A DNA stretch of 64,000 bases, from positions 800,001-864,000 of the forward strand of contig CP000066.1 of assembly GCA_000002445.1 (NCBI GenBank). The letters run 5' to 3'. The stretch is from Trypanosoma brucei. Lineage: Eukaryota. Position 1 is the first letter of the stretch; each line of letters starts with the position of its first letter. Position numbers and translations under genes: made by a program. The notes beneath the pieces were generated by a model that was not told the DNA's origin, did no database searches, and saw only the letters and a list, made by a program, of their open reading frames with translations. Positions 40,818-51,800 of this stretch are shown here, one piece after another.

Positions 40818-42281
40818 TTAGAGCTTGGCCAGTTCCTCGTGGAGGCGGTCGCGATTCCTGTTGATTGCCTCCAGTTCACGGCGGATCTCCAATTTACGAG
40901 CCAGGCGGACGTCGCTGCCCAGATCCACTGTGATTTCACGCACCTGACGCCACAGCTGTCCGCGGAGGTCGAGCACACGGCGGACGGAAGTGGCCACCTT
41001 GATGGGCACAAGAATATAGTTGTTGTGCCGCATGGCAATAATGCAGCCCGTGGCACCAGCCATTGCCTCATGTACCGCAAGAGTGGCAAGGGTGGCGCAG
41101 AAGAGGGCGTCATTGGCCGACGGTGGGCAAGCACGAATCATGTACGAGGGGTCAATGTATTTAACTGTCGAGTCAGGGTAGCGAGACTTGTTTGCCTTGA
41201 GGAAAGCCTTCACTTTCTCCGTGAGGATAACGCCGATGTCAATCAGCTTCTTGTTGCCAGACGCGTCATAACCACCAGAGCCGCGGCCCCAGTCTTGCCC
41301 GAATCCCTCAGCGACGATGATGACGCAGGAACGGGAATGGCAGAATCGGCGCTCCAGAAGGGACATCACCTCCTGCTCGGAGATGGGGTTTTCAGGAACA
41401 AGGCAGATATTCGCCTGCGCACTGGCCACTGCAGCCTGAGCGGCAATGAAGCCGCTGTCACGACCCATGAGCTTCACAACGCCAACACCATAGTTGGCGG
41501 AGACAGCCTCAGCATACGCCGCGCGGATGGCCTGCACAGCCTTCTCAACAGCAGTCTGGAAGCCGAACGTGCGGTGAGAGAAGCTGAGGTCGTTGTCAAT
41601 AGTCTTGGGAACACCAAAAACGGAGATGTCAACACCCCGGCGCTTGGCTTCTTGAGAGATGACGAGCGCACCGCGCTGCGTGCCGTCACCACCGACGGTG
41701 AAGAGGATGTTGACACCGAGGCGCTCGAGAGTATCAACCATCTCCTTGGGGTCCTGCGGACCACGGCTGCTGCCTAGGATGGTGCCGCCATAGTGGTGGA
41801 TGTTGGTGACTCTTCCGCGGTGGAGTTCAATGGCCGTCTGACTGCCCTTCTTGGAAAGGCCCCAGTATCCGAAGCGGAAGCCAATCACGCGCTTTACGTT
41901 GTACACGTTGATGCCGGTAAGGGTGATGGAACGGATGACGTCGTTGAGGCCGGGGCAAATACCACCGCACGTGACAATACCAATGGTGGTCTCCGTCGGG
42001 TTGAAGTGAATGCGCGAGCGGGCAGCAGCAAGTTCGCAAAGGAGTGGGCTCACCGATACAGGGTTCTCCGAAGAGGGTTCATCCCTGGGGCGGGGGTTGT
42101 ACATGATGTAATCCGTCTTGTCACGGAACTCTGTGCGCGACGAATATTTTTTGGACGGGTTCGGGTAATCCGCACCGGGGAGGCGGTCCACCTTGAGGTC
42201 CTCCTGAGTCACGCTGTTCAGCATGGCGCGGTGGGCCTTGACGAGCTTGCTCGTAACGCGGCTGCGAGATTCAACGGCCAT
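40818..42281 (-). CDS. PFK: ATP-dependent 6-phosphofructokinase (PPi-PFK-like sequence type), glycosomal, C-terminal PTS1 -AKL
   Basis: 487 aa with ATG at 42279-42281. PFK motifs GGICPGLNDVIR, TVGGDGT, MGRDSGFIA and IVAEGF are present. The extreme C-terminus is …EELAKL (type-1 peroxisomal/glycosomal targeting tripeptide). Confidence 0.92.
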   Translation of the reverse strand: MAVESRSRVTSKLVKAHRAMLNSVTQEDLKVDRLPGADYPNPSKKYSSRTEFRDKTDYIMYNPRPRDEPSSENPVSVSPLLCELAAARSRIHFNPTETTIGIVTCGGICPGLNDVIRSITLTGINVYNVKRVIGFRFGYWGLSKKGSQTAIELHRGRVTNIHHYGGTILGSSRGPQDPKEMVDTLERLGVNILFTVGGDGTQRGALVISQEAKRRGVDISVFGVPKTIDNDLSFSHRTFGFQTAVEKAVQAIRAAYAEAVSANYGVGVVKLMGRDSGFIAAQAAVASAQANICLVPENPISEQEVMSLLERRFCHSRSCVIIVAEGFGQDWGRGSGGYDASGNKKLIDIGVILTEKVKAFLKANKSRYPDSTVKYIDPSYMIRACPPSANDALFCATLATLAVHEAMAGATGCIIAMRHNNYILVPIKVATSVRRVLDLRGQLWRQVREITVDLGSDVRLARKLEIRRELEAINRNRDRLHEELAKL

Positions 42282-43270
42282 TTTGCTTTTAGAACTTGGA
42301 TAAAAATTATATGCTGTTTTCTTCTAATAATAACAATATGCTTTAATCTGTGTGCGTGTACACATTATTATTTAGGTTTTTGTTCATTTTTGTTTTGAAA
42401 ATGAAAAGTCAAAAAAGATGAAAGATGAAAGATGAAATGAGGAAGAATAGAAAAAACACGTAGTTAACGCGTACCTTTGTACGCATACATTGTCAGCTTT
42501 TAATGTCACTTACGCTTTGATGTTTGACAGCACATGCAATACGTCCAAGACGGGGAAAAGTGTCGATTACAGGTGGCCCTCCTAGGTTAAATGTGAAATG
42601 TGGTCCAAATGGTCCACGGACTTCCAACAACGGGAGGGCCGTCATGTATCCAACACGCTTCACAAAACTGCTTATCTCCCTCCACAATCTCCCCATATTT
42701 GTCCCGTACCCATACGCACACGCACGCTCATACGAATGCATTGTCTATTCGATACGCACAAAAACTTTCTCATACGATTCCGAATGGTATCTAAAATAGC
42801 ATAAAACTGACTTGAGCATCGTACCACGCACTTACTCACGGCATAACCCCCTCAACAGCAGCGACTACTTCAAAACAAAAAAAAAGGTAACAAAAATGAC
42901 TGAGCAAACAAAAGAAGGAGGGGGAAACAAAGTAAAAGGACATCACATCCTCACTTATCAGGCGTTAAATAATCTCCTCACACTGTGTGCTTACCATAGA
43001 GAACCTACCAAAGTACACCACCCAACGCAAATCATTTCCACACCACAGCCTCATACACACAAGGGTTTACGAAATACGGAAATTGGTGGAGTTCGTGAAG
43101 TGGGGGGAGCAGAAAAAAAAAGGAGACCCCGCGCAAGGGATGATATAAAAAACAAGAAAGAAACTCGCATGCGGAGGAAACAGAGCGCTTTGGGGAGGGA
43201 AGGGGAGCCCATGAAAATGTGAAAAGCTGTCACCTGCGCTTATGTTTGTTGTTTGCGCGGAGGTGTCCAA

Positions 43271-44605
43271 TTATCCCTCCTGCCCAAACTCTTCAGTGAA
43301 TTTAACATGCTGAGTAATGTCTTCACTCGATACGGAAGGACGGGCTGTGCGCAGTGCCTTGATAAAGTCCTGCATGGTCACTGGAAGCGGCATCAGTTTC
43401 TCAGACTCCGTAATATCATTCATTGTCATGGGAATGGCATTGGGGTCACCCGGCGAGCACGGCACAAGCCGATCGTTGACGGTCCGCGTTGGATCCTTCG
43501 GGTCCGGTCCCGTTACACGTTTGAAGTGAGTCGCTAACTGCACTGACCGAACGCACTCCATCATGGCATTCCGCACGACGATGCTGATATCACTGCCCGA
43601 GTACATTTCTGTCATTTTTGCCAAAGCGTTGCAGTCCTCATCCGTGAGGGAATGCTGAGTGTCACCGAGATGAATCTTAATCATTTGACATCGGGCATGG
43701 GCTTGCGGAAGCGGTATGTATATACGGCGCTCGAAGCGTCGCCGTACCGCACTGTCAAGGGCCCATGGTATATTCGTTGCGCCCAGCACTAAGACACCTT
43801 CGTCGTCGTGGCCTACTCCTTGCATCTGTACAAGGAATTCCGTTTTGATACGACGGGAGGCGTCATTCTCACCATCAGACCTCGCTGAGCAAAGAGAGTC
43901 AATCTCATCAATAAAAATAATAGCGGGTTTCCCCCCCTCCCTGTACGCCTCACGGGCCTTCTCGAAGAGGTTCCGCACCAATTTTTCCGAATCACCCAGC
44001 CAGCGGGACATCAAATCTGCACTACTAACGCTCAAGAATGTGCCGTCTGCTTCTGTCGCCACAGCCTTTGCAAGATACGACTTCCCTGTACCTGGTGGAC
44101 CATACAATAAAATTCCCTTCCATGGTTTTCTGTTTCCAGTGAACAGTTGTGGGAAACGAACGGGGAGAATAACAGCCTCTTTCAAAGCCTCCTTTGCAGC
44201 CTCCAACCCTGCAATCTGAGACCACTGTACGTTGGGCTTCACACGGATAATCGCATTATCTAACCCACTTTTCAGCCGCTTATCGTCTTCTTCATCCTCC
44301 TTGGCCTTCTTCGCGGATGAAGCTGTCTTCTGCCCCACAGCACTGGAAGCTTGACCGCCACTACGGTTTGCATCGCAGTTTTCGAGGTATTCTTTGATCT
44401 TTTCTGCCCGCTCCGTTATCTCCATCGTTTTCTTTCTTAGCAAATCCCTCTTTGTCACGTTCTTGGTCTCGTACTTAATGGCAGTAATAAAAACCTCAAT
44501 CGCCTCCATGTACCAGTGGTATGCTTCCCTGTACTCCCCCTGCTCATCGTGCCTGGCAGCTTTCTTGAATAATTCCACTGCCTTGGACGTGAAATCAACG
44601 GACAT
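43271..44605 (-). CDS. VPS4: VPS4 AAA-ATPase (ESCRT-III disassembly)
   Basis: N-terminal MIT domain (AVELFKKAARHDEQGEYREAYHWYMEAIEVF). AAA Walker A ILLYGPPGTGKSYLAKAVATEA, Walker B IIFIDEIDSL, a second region of homology, and a C-terminal Vps4 helix. Confidence 0.92.
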   Translation of the reverse strand: MSVDFTSKAVELFKKAARHDEQGEYREAYHWYMEAIEVFITAIKYETKNVTKRDLLRKKTMEITERAEKIKEYLENCDANRSGGQASSAVGQKTASSAKKAKEDEEDDKRLKSGLDNAIIRVKPNVQWSQIAGLEAAKEALKEAVILPVRFPQLFTGNRKPWKGILLYGPPGTGKSYLAKAVATEADGTFLSVSSADLMSRWLGDSEKLVRNLFEKAREAYREGGKPAIIFIDEIDSLCSARSDGENDASRRIKTEFLVQMQGVGHDDEGVLVLGATNIPWALDSAVRRRFERRIYIPLPQAHARCQMIKIHLGDTQHSLTDEDCNALAKMTEMYSGSDISIVVRNAMMECVRSVQLATHFKRVTGPDPKDPTRTVNDRLVPCSPGDPNAIPMTMNDITESEKLMPLPVTMQDFIKALRTARPSVSSEDITQHVKFTEEFGQEG

Positions 44606-45529
44606 CGAAACCTCTGAACAGAGAAGCTATCAAATACGCGTTTCTCTCGTATCACGGATGTAAAGCTATATCTATAAAATAATGTATACGCCCACACTTG
44701 TACAGATACTTGCACGCACTTGGCTACCGCCGCAAATACACTGGCAACTCCTCTCCGTACGCAATGGGAGCTTCAGCGGTGACTGATGATGATGATGATG
44801 ACGCCACTTACCGTGGAGAAAAGGATACGGAGCCCCTCAAACTCCTGAGGAAGAAAATAAAATAAGCAGTAGCAGCAAGAAACAACGGCAACAAGTTGGC
44901 GCACCCTCACACACGAAAAAAAAAAACAAGTCTTATCTCCACACTTTGGCCTCTTCCTTCGCCTTTACCTCTTCGTCTTTCTGCAACCAAACTTTAAAAA
45001 GCGATGAGGGAAAGGGGAAAATGTCACAATTGATAGAGCTTTGAGTGAAACAGACAAACAAGGACAAACGGTCCTATGCATACCGCACATATGCACACAC
45101 AGTAATATATGTACTGAATGAAATGCTGACGCGCTGAGGAGTAGCAACTCCTTCCTCCCACACGCCCTTCCTCCCACTCAAAAGGAGACGAAAACGACTT
45201 TGCAACTGACAACAACAACAATAACAAAATAAGCCTACAACACACCCCGCCCTACGAAAAAGAAAAAAATACACAAATGTACAGCAATACGCACGTGCGG
45301 ACGAAAAGGCGGTGGGGTAGCAGAGAGCAGGTCAATTATGCGATGGGTGAGCCTGTGCAACAAAAGCCGTACAGACACACACACACGCACGCACGCACGC
45401 ACGTGTGGTTCCCTCTTAAGAAATGGAAAAAAAAACGAAAACTTGTATAAGAAGCAACCCGATGGTATCCAACAGCAGACACACCTAAAAAGAACACGTA
45501 CTTCTACGCAACGAAAACGGAAAAAAAAA

Positions 45530-46948
45530 TCACTTCTTCTTCAGAAGTAAACTTAACATTATGTCGGAAAGCCTCGCTTCCACCTCCGCTGCGGTTGGCC
45601 TTTCCCGAGGATCATGCCGCAACATCGCTACTATCAAGTTAACTAACTCATCCTTGTACTTACGCGGACGCCGACGGATAGCAGTGGAGACTGCCTTTTC
45701 TAGGGAGCTTTTGGTCCAATCGGAGTCACTCAAAACCGACTGAACCCCCTTTTCATTCCGCAACGTTGCAAACTCCGGCAGTGTGGCTAACACAAATATG
45801 AGCACACCGAAACTAAATATATCAGATTTTGGGCTACCAGATGAGTCGCCCATCTCCGGCGCACGGTACTCAAATGTGGGCGATGCTTGACCAAAGAAAA
45901 GTAAATCACTCTCTTCGGCATTATCCCCACCACAAGCATGGCACAAATCAAGATCCATCAAGAGTACCTGCTCCTCATTATTCAACAAAAGGACATTCTC
46001 AGGCTTGATATCACAATGAGCTATGGGAGGCGACTGATTGTGAAGGTATTTCAGGGCCTTCGCTATCTGAAGCGCAATGGAGCACAGTTTCTCCTCGGAC
46101 ACAGGTGCCTCCTGACGTCTAATGAACTTGGAAAGATCACCCTCGGAATAGTAACGCATAACAACACTGATCTTCAGCGGGTTTTCGGAACCCATCACAT
46201 CCAAGTACTCTATTACATGCCGATGTGAAAGTTTCTGCATGGTGGCTGCTTGGCGTAATCGCGCCTCGTAAACTGGTCGATTGCACTCTGCAAAACGCAT
46301 CTCCTTTAGCACGACAACTTCCCCATCCTTCGCTCGGCACTTGTATACCACGCCTTGGCCCCCTTCGCCTAGCTTTACATGATCATATAGTGTACTGTAT
46401 TTAGATTTCCTTTGTCCCGCCACGGAAGCAATGATTACCTTGAGTTGATCAGTCAGTTGAGTACGAACACACCTATTTTTAAGCAATCGCACGGGTGATG
46501 GGCAACATGCGAAACACTTCACCACACCGCACTCGAAGGAAAGCGGAAGACAGTGGCTACACAGAGTGTCCGCACAAATTTCACAGTAGTGTGCATCATT
46601 CACATTCGTTATGACCCCATCACAGCGGCTACATGCGTTCATCACTTCTGCAGGCGCTTGACAACTTGTGCAAATCACGAAGTGCGGGCGGTGCGTATAC
46701 ACCGTACGAACACATTGCCTACACACTTTCCTCCCACATGCAATACAAAGGTGTGTTGTTTCATTCATAAGTGGGCATGTGGGGCACAGTTTATCAGATG
46801 ATTCCACTGACTGTGCGCACTTACGGCATTGCCCGGCAGCGCTCACACAACATCTACAGAACTGACGCATGCAATCGCTGCAGCTGGCTAATGCCAGATT
46901 CGACGCGCCACATTCCCCGCACGCGGCGCTCTCCATTGTCGTGAACAT
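45530..46948 (-). CDS. Protein kinase with N-terminal triple B-box-like cysteine-rich zinc-finger region
   Basis: The C-terminal half is a kinase domain (GEGGQGVVYKC, VLKEM, HCDIKPENVLL, DLDLCHA). The N-terminal about 190 aa hold three C-x2-C…C-x2-C clusters (CGECG…CSDC…CRCC…CRKC, CPTC…CIACG…CRQC, CTSC…CSRC…CEIC…CSHC). ATG at 46946-46948 (MFTTMESAA…). Confidence 0.8.
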   Translation of the reverse strand: MFTTMESAACGECGASNLALASCSDCMRQFCRCCVSAAGQCRKCAQSVESSDKLCPTCPLMNETTHLCIACGRKVCRQCVRTVYTHRPHFVICTSCQAPAEVMNACSRCDGVITNVNDAHYCEICADTLCSHCLPLSFECGVVKCFACCPSPVRLLKNRCVRTQLTDQLKVIIASVAGQRKSKYSTLYDHVKLGEGGQGVVYKCRAKDGEVVVLKEMRFAECNRPVYEARLRQAATMQKLSHRHVIEYLDVMGSENPLKISVVMRYYSEGDLSKFIRRQEAPVSEEKLCSIALQIAKALKYLHNQSPPIAHCDIKPENVLLLNNEEQVLLMDLDLCHACGGDNAEESDLLFFGQASPTFEYRAPEMGDSSGSPKSDIFSFGVLIFVLATLPEFATLRNEKGVQSVLSDSDWTKSSLEKAVSTAIRRRPRKYKDELVNLIVAMLRHDPRERPTAAEVEARLSDIMLSLLLKKK

Positions 46949-48038
46949 CGTCGTCGTCAATATTATTATCGCAAAAAAGAGGGAAAAAAATTGGCTACAC
47001 CTTTCCTTTCCGCCCTCTCCCTTTCCTCCACCCCTTAGTTGATGGTGCGCTGTTCGAGCTCCTTTAATGACACAACGGCTCTTTTCGGGGGGTATCCCTA
47101 CGCAAGACAAAAATAAGTAAATAAACGTCAGTGGAGAGAAAAAGAGAAAGTGACCTGTACAAGGAAAAGATAAAGGAAATAAAACACTGCGTGCATGCAC
47201 ACACAAATACCAACAACAAGGTGGAAGGGAAGCCAGTAGACCTCAGTCTCCTCCCACACTTTAACATATGGGGAATAACAAATGTGAAAAGGTGGGGAGG
47301 AGGAGTGTACCCCTTTATTGTATGTGCTGCATGCGGGCGGACGGTGCAGAAACGCATCAGCTTTGGGGAAACACAAATAATAATTAGAAGCACCTTAACA
47401 CAAAGGATGTGGCAATCAAATCGAAAGCAAGAGGTGTGGCGGCTCCACCCACTATCAGTAGAGGGGGAAAACACAGATGATCACCACACAGAATAAAGAA
47501 GTTATAACCATTTTAAAGGTAATTGTTCTCTGCCGCTTTTTCCCCTTCTTCTCCCCAGCCCTCCTACTTTTACCGTTGATATGCCCTTCGCTGGACTAAA
47601 CATACTCGTTGTCCCAATACCATCTTTCACAAGAAAGAAAAAGAAAAAAGCGAAATCTAAACATTTGTACATGACATGAAAAATATAAGTACCCCTCTGT
47701 CCATATTTCCTCCATATTTTCTTCTCTGTTTCTTTTCTTTTTTGTTAATTCTGTTCTTTTAAAAGAAAATGCATGCTACTACATATCATGTGCATGAAAT
47801 ATACATATTTCCATTCCTTCAGCTACATATCTCACCACCAAGTATAAAACCAGTGAAGCATTCTAACAAACTCCTCTAAGGTATCTCACCTTCGCTATTT
47901 TTCTTTTCTTTTTTTCTTCCCTTCTGACTGACTCCTTTTCTTTCTTGTGCCCTATTCCCCACTCAAAGGAAGGGGATGGAAAGGGGCGAGTAGAAGAATC
48001 AGATTCCAAACAAAAATAACGAAAAAAAAATGGTGACA

Positions 48039-50483
48039 CTAAGAACGCTGACGGTGCGCCTTCACCGGCTTCGATGTGCCCCTCTTGACTTTCTTTGCGT
48101 CGTAGTTTTGACGCATGAGTTCCACTATCTCAGGTTGGAAATTACAAGAGCTCTCAAACTGGCGCCTCCGATGCAATGCGTGAGCCTCCTCCAACTCATA
48201 TGGCGTCAAGTACAACCGCTTGTGGAAGGGTCCGTCACGCTCCAACGCTCTCGCGCGTGGGGAAATCTCTGGCCGGAATGAGGGGTCGTACTTTTCGTAC
48301 GGTGGGGGTTGGTGGGGCTCTAATAAGCGCTGGGAAACGGACACCGCACGGCGCGGTGAGGTTCGAGGCGGGGCTGATTTGGGTTCTTCCTCCTTCTGTT
48401 TGCGTGCCCGCTGCTCCTTAGAAGGATGAAGCCGATCGTAGAAGGGTTTGCTGCATTCTACACCCTTCGCACGAGGCGTGATCATTGGACGGAACGAAGG
48501 CAAACTCTCCGGTGGCGGCGGCTCCCGGCGGGCCAATAGGCGCGGAGAAATACTGATTGGCCGAGAAGTCGAAACACGAGGAGTAGGCACAGGTTTGGGT
48601 TCCTCGGGGCGCTTCCGGGCCAGTTCTTCCTTGGATGGATGGAGACGATCGTAGAAAGGCGCTTCGACCTCTAAAGCCCTTGCACGCTTTGATATGTGGG
48701 GACGGAACAACTCAAAACTGCTGTTGTTCACAAACTCCTGCAAACGCGGAGAGAGTGCCGGTGCCTCGTAGTCCTCACCATCTGCATTCTTGTTCCGTTG
48801 AACACTAGGTCTGGCTGAATACAGCCGTTCGTGACACGGAACATCTGAGCGAGGCAGCGCCTGCGCAAACTTGGAAATGGTGGGTTTGTAAGTGTGTTCT
48901 TTCCGATAATCCTCACCCCTTTTCGAGCGTCGGCGCTCAGGTAAACGATCGTTAGAGGCGCCCCTCGGGCTATAGCCGTAGCGATTGCCGTCAATTGTGG
49001 AATGGTACCTCCGCTGTGGTAACCGGTCATGGCCCCCCAACCTCGCGCTTCTTTCTGGGCTAACGGAATATCTTCTACCCATGCCAGCGGTGTGCAGCCA
49101 GTCGTCGCTGTTGCTCCCTTCCTCCGCCTGGCGCTCAGAAATACCCTTTTGATGCATATCGATTATCAACCTACGATGATAGGCTGGGATATTGAGCCTC
49201 TGGAGGGCTCTCCCGGTCCTTTCAATTTGTCGCCCACCTCCGCGTCGCACGCTCCGCTTCCTCCGAGAAGCTGTTTTGGGATCGGTGTTGAGAGAAACAC
49301 ATGATTTGAACAATGAAGACTCGCTGCTGTAACATCTCCGCGCTGTATATCCTTTGTGGACTCCCCCGGATTCGCGTATGTGTCTACCGACATTCTGTAG
49401 GGTAAGTGGGGAAATTTGCGGGGAGTTTTCCTTATCGTCAGCCTCAGTGCGGTACTCATTCACAAGCTTTCGTTTCCTTTTGGTGTAGATTCCAGAAATG
49501 TCGCCGACCACAACTCTGCCATCACCCCTGTTGGTATGGAACACTTTGTGCACACTAGGAACAGGTATGTCAACGACAACCGGCATTTGCTGACCGTCAG
49601 CACCCTCAGAAACATTTTCGCCATTCTTGTTGCCTTTTGAGCCCTCCCCATGACGGCTCGCCATCTTTCTAGGACTTCGGCTCAATTTTGCAGGTGAAGA
49701 ACCCGGCTGTGGGGATAGTCCATCTCCTCCAGAAACTGATACGATGTCGTGCAGTGAACCGGCGCCGATTCCGCATTTTTCTGCCTTCTTCATGAGGGAA
49801 ATCTCTTCCTCCAAATCGGTACGCTTTGACCGCGACTTCTTTTGAGTACCGTGCCGCTTCTCCCGTGTCTTCGAAGGCTTAGCTTCTGCTCCATCACCCG
49901 CCTGCGAGGTGCTCTTGCCATTAGGATCAACTTCGCGACTCGCTGGACTTACAGCAGCCGGACTTGGCTTCACAGACGACCGCTTCGACCGCACGGCTGC
50001 CGGGTCGAGGGGGGGAGCAACGCCTGGATTGGGCGCACTCTTTTCAGCCGCAGCACCCTGCTCTTGCTCACTCTTAGATGCACCCTCCCTCGGTGTCAGC
50101 TCCTTGGACACCTTACTACTCCCCGCTGCAGCGTTTGCATTTGCGTCTCCCCCTTCAGTTGCCTCCCGAGCTGATTCATCAGTCTTGCTTGCCGCATGAG
50201 TCAGTGTAGTAGATTCCGAAGATATCTTCTTGAAGGTTTTTTCCCCTTCCCCTTCCTTCCCTCCAGGGGATGTGCCTGAGCCATCCGCAGCGGCCTCACC
50301 TTCTTTAGGTGCTGCCTCTTCTCCCGCGCTGACACCAGCGGGGGCTGCCGCTTCTCCCGGGGCTGAGTTACCTTCCATTGCTGCTCCTTCTGCAGCAGCC
50401 GCGGCGTCTGGCCGCACAGCAAGCGGCGCCTCAGTACTGCTGTCGCTGTCAGAACCGACAGTTAAGTTGTTGAGGGTGGCCAT
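48039..50483 (-). CDS. Ser/Pro/Arg-rich hypothetical protein with internal ~65-aa repeats (FYDRLHPSKE… x2-3)
   Basis: 814-aa ORF with ATG at 50481-50483. Internal repeat EAPFYDRLHPSKEELARKR… / SKPFYDRLHPSKEQRARKQ… / DGPFHKRLY. The protein is low-complexity and basic, with many SP/TP sites. Confidence 0.55.
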   Translation of the reverse strand: MATLNNLTVGSDSDSSTEAPLAVRPDAAAAAEGAAMEGNSAPGEAAAPAGVSAGEEAAPKEGEAAADGSGTSPGGKEGEGEKTFKKISSESTTLTHAASKTDESAREATEGGDANANAAAGSSKVSKELTPREGASKSEQEQGAAAEKSAPNPGVAPPLDPAAVRSKRSSVKPSPAAVSPASREVDPNGKSTSQAGDGAEAKPSKTREKRHGTQKKSRSKRTDLEEEISLMKKAEKCGIGAGSLHDIVSVSGGDGLSPQPGSSPAKLSRSPRKMASRHGEGSKGNKNGENVSEGADGQQMPVVVDIPVPSVHKVFHTNRGDGRVVVGDISGIYTKRKRKLVNEYRTEADDKENSPQISPLTLQNVGRHIRESGGVHKGYTARRCYSSESSLFKSCVSLNTDPKTASRRKRSVRRGGGRQIERTGRALQRLNIPAYHRRLIIDMHQKGISERQAEEGSNSDDWLHTAGMGRRYSVSPERSARLGGHDRLPQRRYHSTIDGNRYGYSPRGASNDRLPERRRSKRGEDYRKEHTYKPTISKFAQALPRSDVPCHERLYSARPSVQRNKNADGEDYEAPALSPRLQEFVNNSSFELFRPHISKRARALEVEAPFYDRLHPSKEELARKRPEEPKPVPTPRVSTSRPISISPRLLARREPPPPESLPSFRPMITPRAKGVECSKPFYDRLHPSKEQRARKQKEEEPKSAPPRTSPRRAVSVSQRLLEPHQPPPYEKYDPSFRPEISPRARALERDGPFHKRLYLTPYELEEAHALHRRRQFESSCNFQPEIVELMRQNYDAKKVKRGTSKPVKAHRQRS

Positions 50484-50897
50484 CACTAAAGTGCCGGTGT
50501 AACTTCCCTCTCTTTACTGTTTATTTCGTCCCTTTTACCCCCACCTTTGGACCTGTTAACTTTATCTTCTTCTCCCAACAAGCTATGCAAAGTATGCGCC
50601 AGGAGACCCACACCCAAAACCTTCACTTGGAAGCTATTGTTGTTTTGGAACAATGATATTTGTTAGACTTCCTTAGTTTGCGTATATATATATATGTGTG
50701 TGTGTGTATTATTGTTTGAATTTTTCGTGAAGAAGGAGCGGGAACATAAAGCAGGCGGTGTACGGTCCCTCAGAGAGTAAATAAAACAACAGAAGATCAG
50801 GTGGCGCATCCAAAGGCACTGGGGACGGGAAAAAGAACCCGAGAAAGAGACTATTTTCACTTAGAAAAATAAAGGAAAGGAACATGAGTTTTCTGCC

Positions 50898-51554
50898 TTA
50901 CTTCTTCTCGTTCTCCTTCGCCTCCTTGCGAGCGGCACGGCGGTTGCGGGCCCTGAAGAAGCGAACAGCGCTGTGGTTCTTCTTGAGGAATTTGTACATT
51001 TTCTTGGTGGATTCCTCCTCCGTTACCTTGCGTGGGGCCTCCCGTGCGGGGGTAACCAAACCTCCAACAGCAGCTGTGCCATACCGAGAGCGGTCCTGAG
51101 TTGCAGCTTTCACCTCCTCTTCAGTTGCATCTCCCTTCTGTGGCTTCTTGCGGTTCAGGGGGAACAGCACCAACTTGCTCATATATGTCTTCAGGCGTTG
51201 CACGTTAATATTCATACCCTCCTCGCTTTTATTCTTTCGGCGACGGTCAACACGAATGCCAATCGTCCTCGCATAGCGGGGTTTCACACCAGCAGCCTTC
51301 AGCTCCTCCAACGAGAAGCCACGTCCCAAGCGCCTCTTCATGTTGTAGCGAACTGTAGGGCAATTCACCTGCGGGCGAAGTGCCTTAAGCGGACGCGGGA
51401 AGATCTTCTTCGCCTTCAACAAACGCAAGCGGCGACGGCGCTGCTTCTGCGCAGGCTGATTGAAGAACACCTTAACGTTACCCTTCTGCGAGGAGCAGGG
51501 GTTCCAGTGCTTCCTCTGGTGCACATGGGGAATCGCGTTGTTTCCCTTCGGCAT
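50898..51554 (-). CDS. RPL13: 60S ribosomal protein L13 (eL13), copy 1
   Basis: MPKGNNAIPHVHQRKHW…FNQPAQKQRRRRLRLLKAKKIFPRP…CPTVRYNMKRRLGRGFSLEELKAAG…QRLKTYMSKLVLFP matches the eL13 family throughout. ATG at 51552-51554. Confidence 0.9.
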   Translation of the reverse strand: MPKGNNAIPHVHQRKHWNPCSSQKGNVKVFFNQPAQKQRRRRLRLLKAKKIFPRPLKALRPQVNCPTVRYNMKRRLGRGFSLEELKAAGVKPRYARTIGIRVDRRRKNKSEEGMNINVQRLKTYMSKLVLFPLNRKKPQKGDATEEEVKAATQDRSRYGTAAVGGLVTPAREAPRKVTEEESTKKMYKFLKKNHSAVRFFRARNRRAARKEAKENEKK

Positions 51555-51800
51555 TGGCGCTAAAACTCTTACGGCAATGAAAAGCATTAGGGTAAATACG
51601 GCCACGACAAGAGAATAACGGACGGGCGTGCGGTCAACAGCTTCCTGACCACCAAAAAAGCAAAAAAAAACAATTTACAGGAAAGTAATGCGTCTAAACA
51701 TCCCCTTTCGGATATTGCATAGAGCAAAAAAAATAAGAAAGTAGTGGTTTCGGAGAACATGCAAATGCCGCCGACGTGAACCTAAAAGAAAAAAACAAAT

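Noticed and set aside
40839-41777. 312-aa plus-strand ORF antisense to PFK
   Set aside because: It sits entirely inside a strongly supported conserved CDS. It has no recognisable motifs and a composition driven by the complement of the PFK codons.
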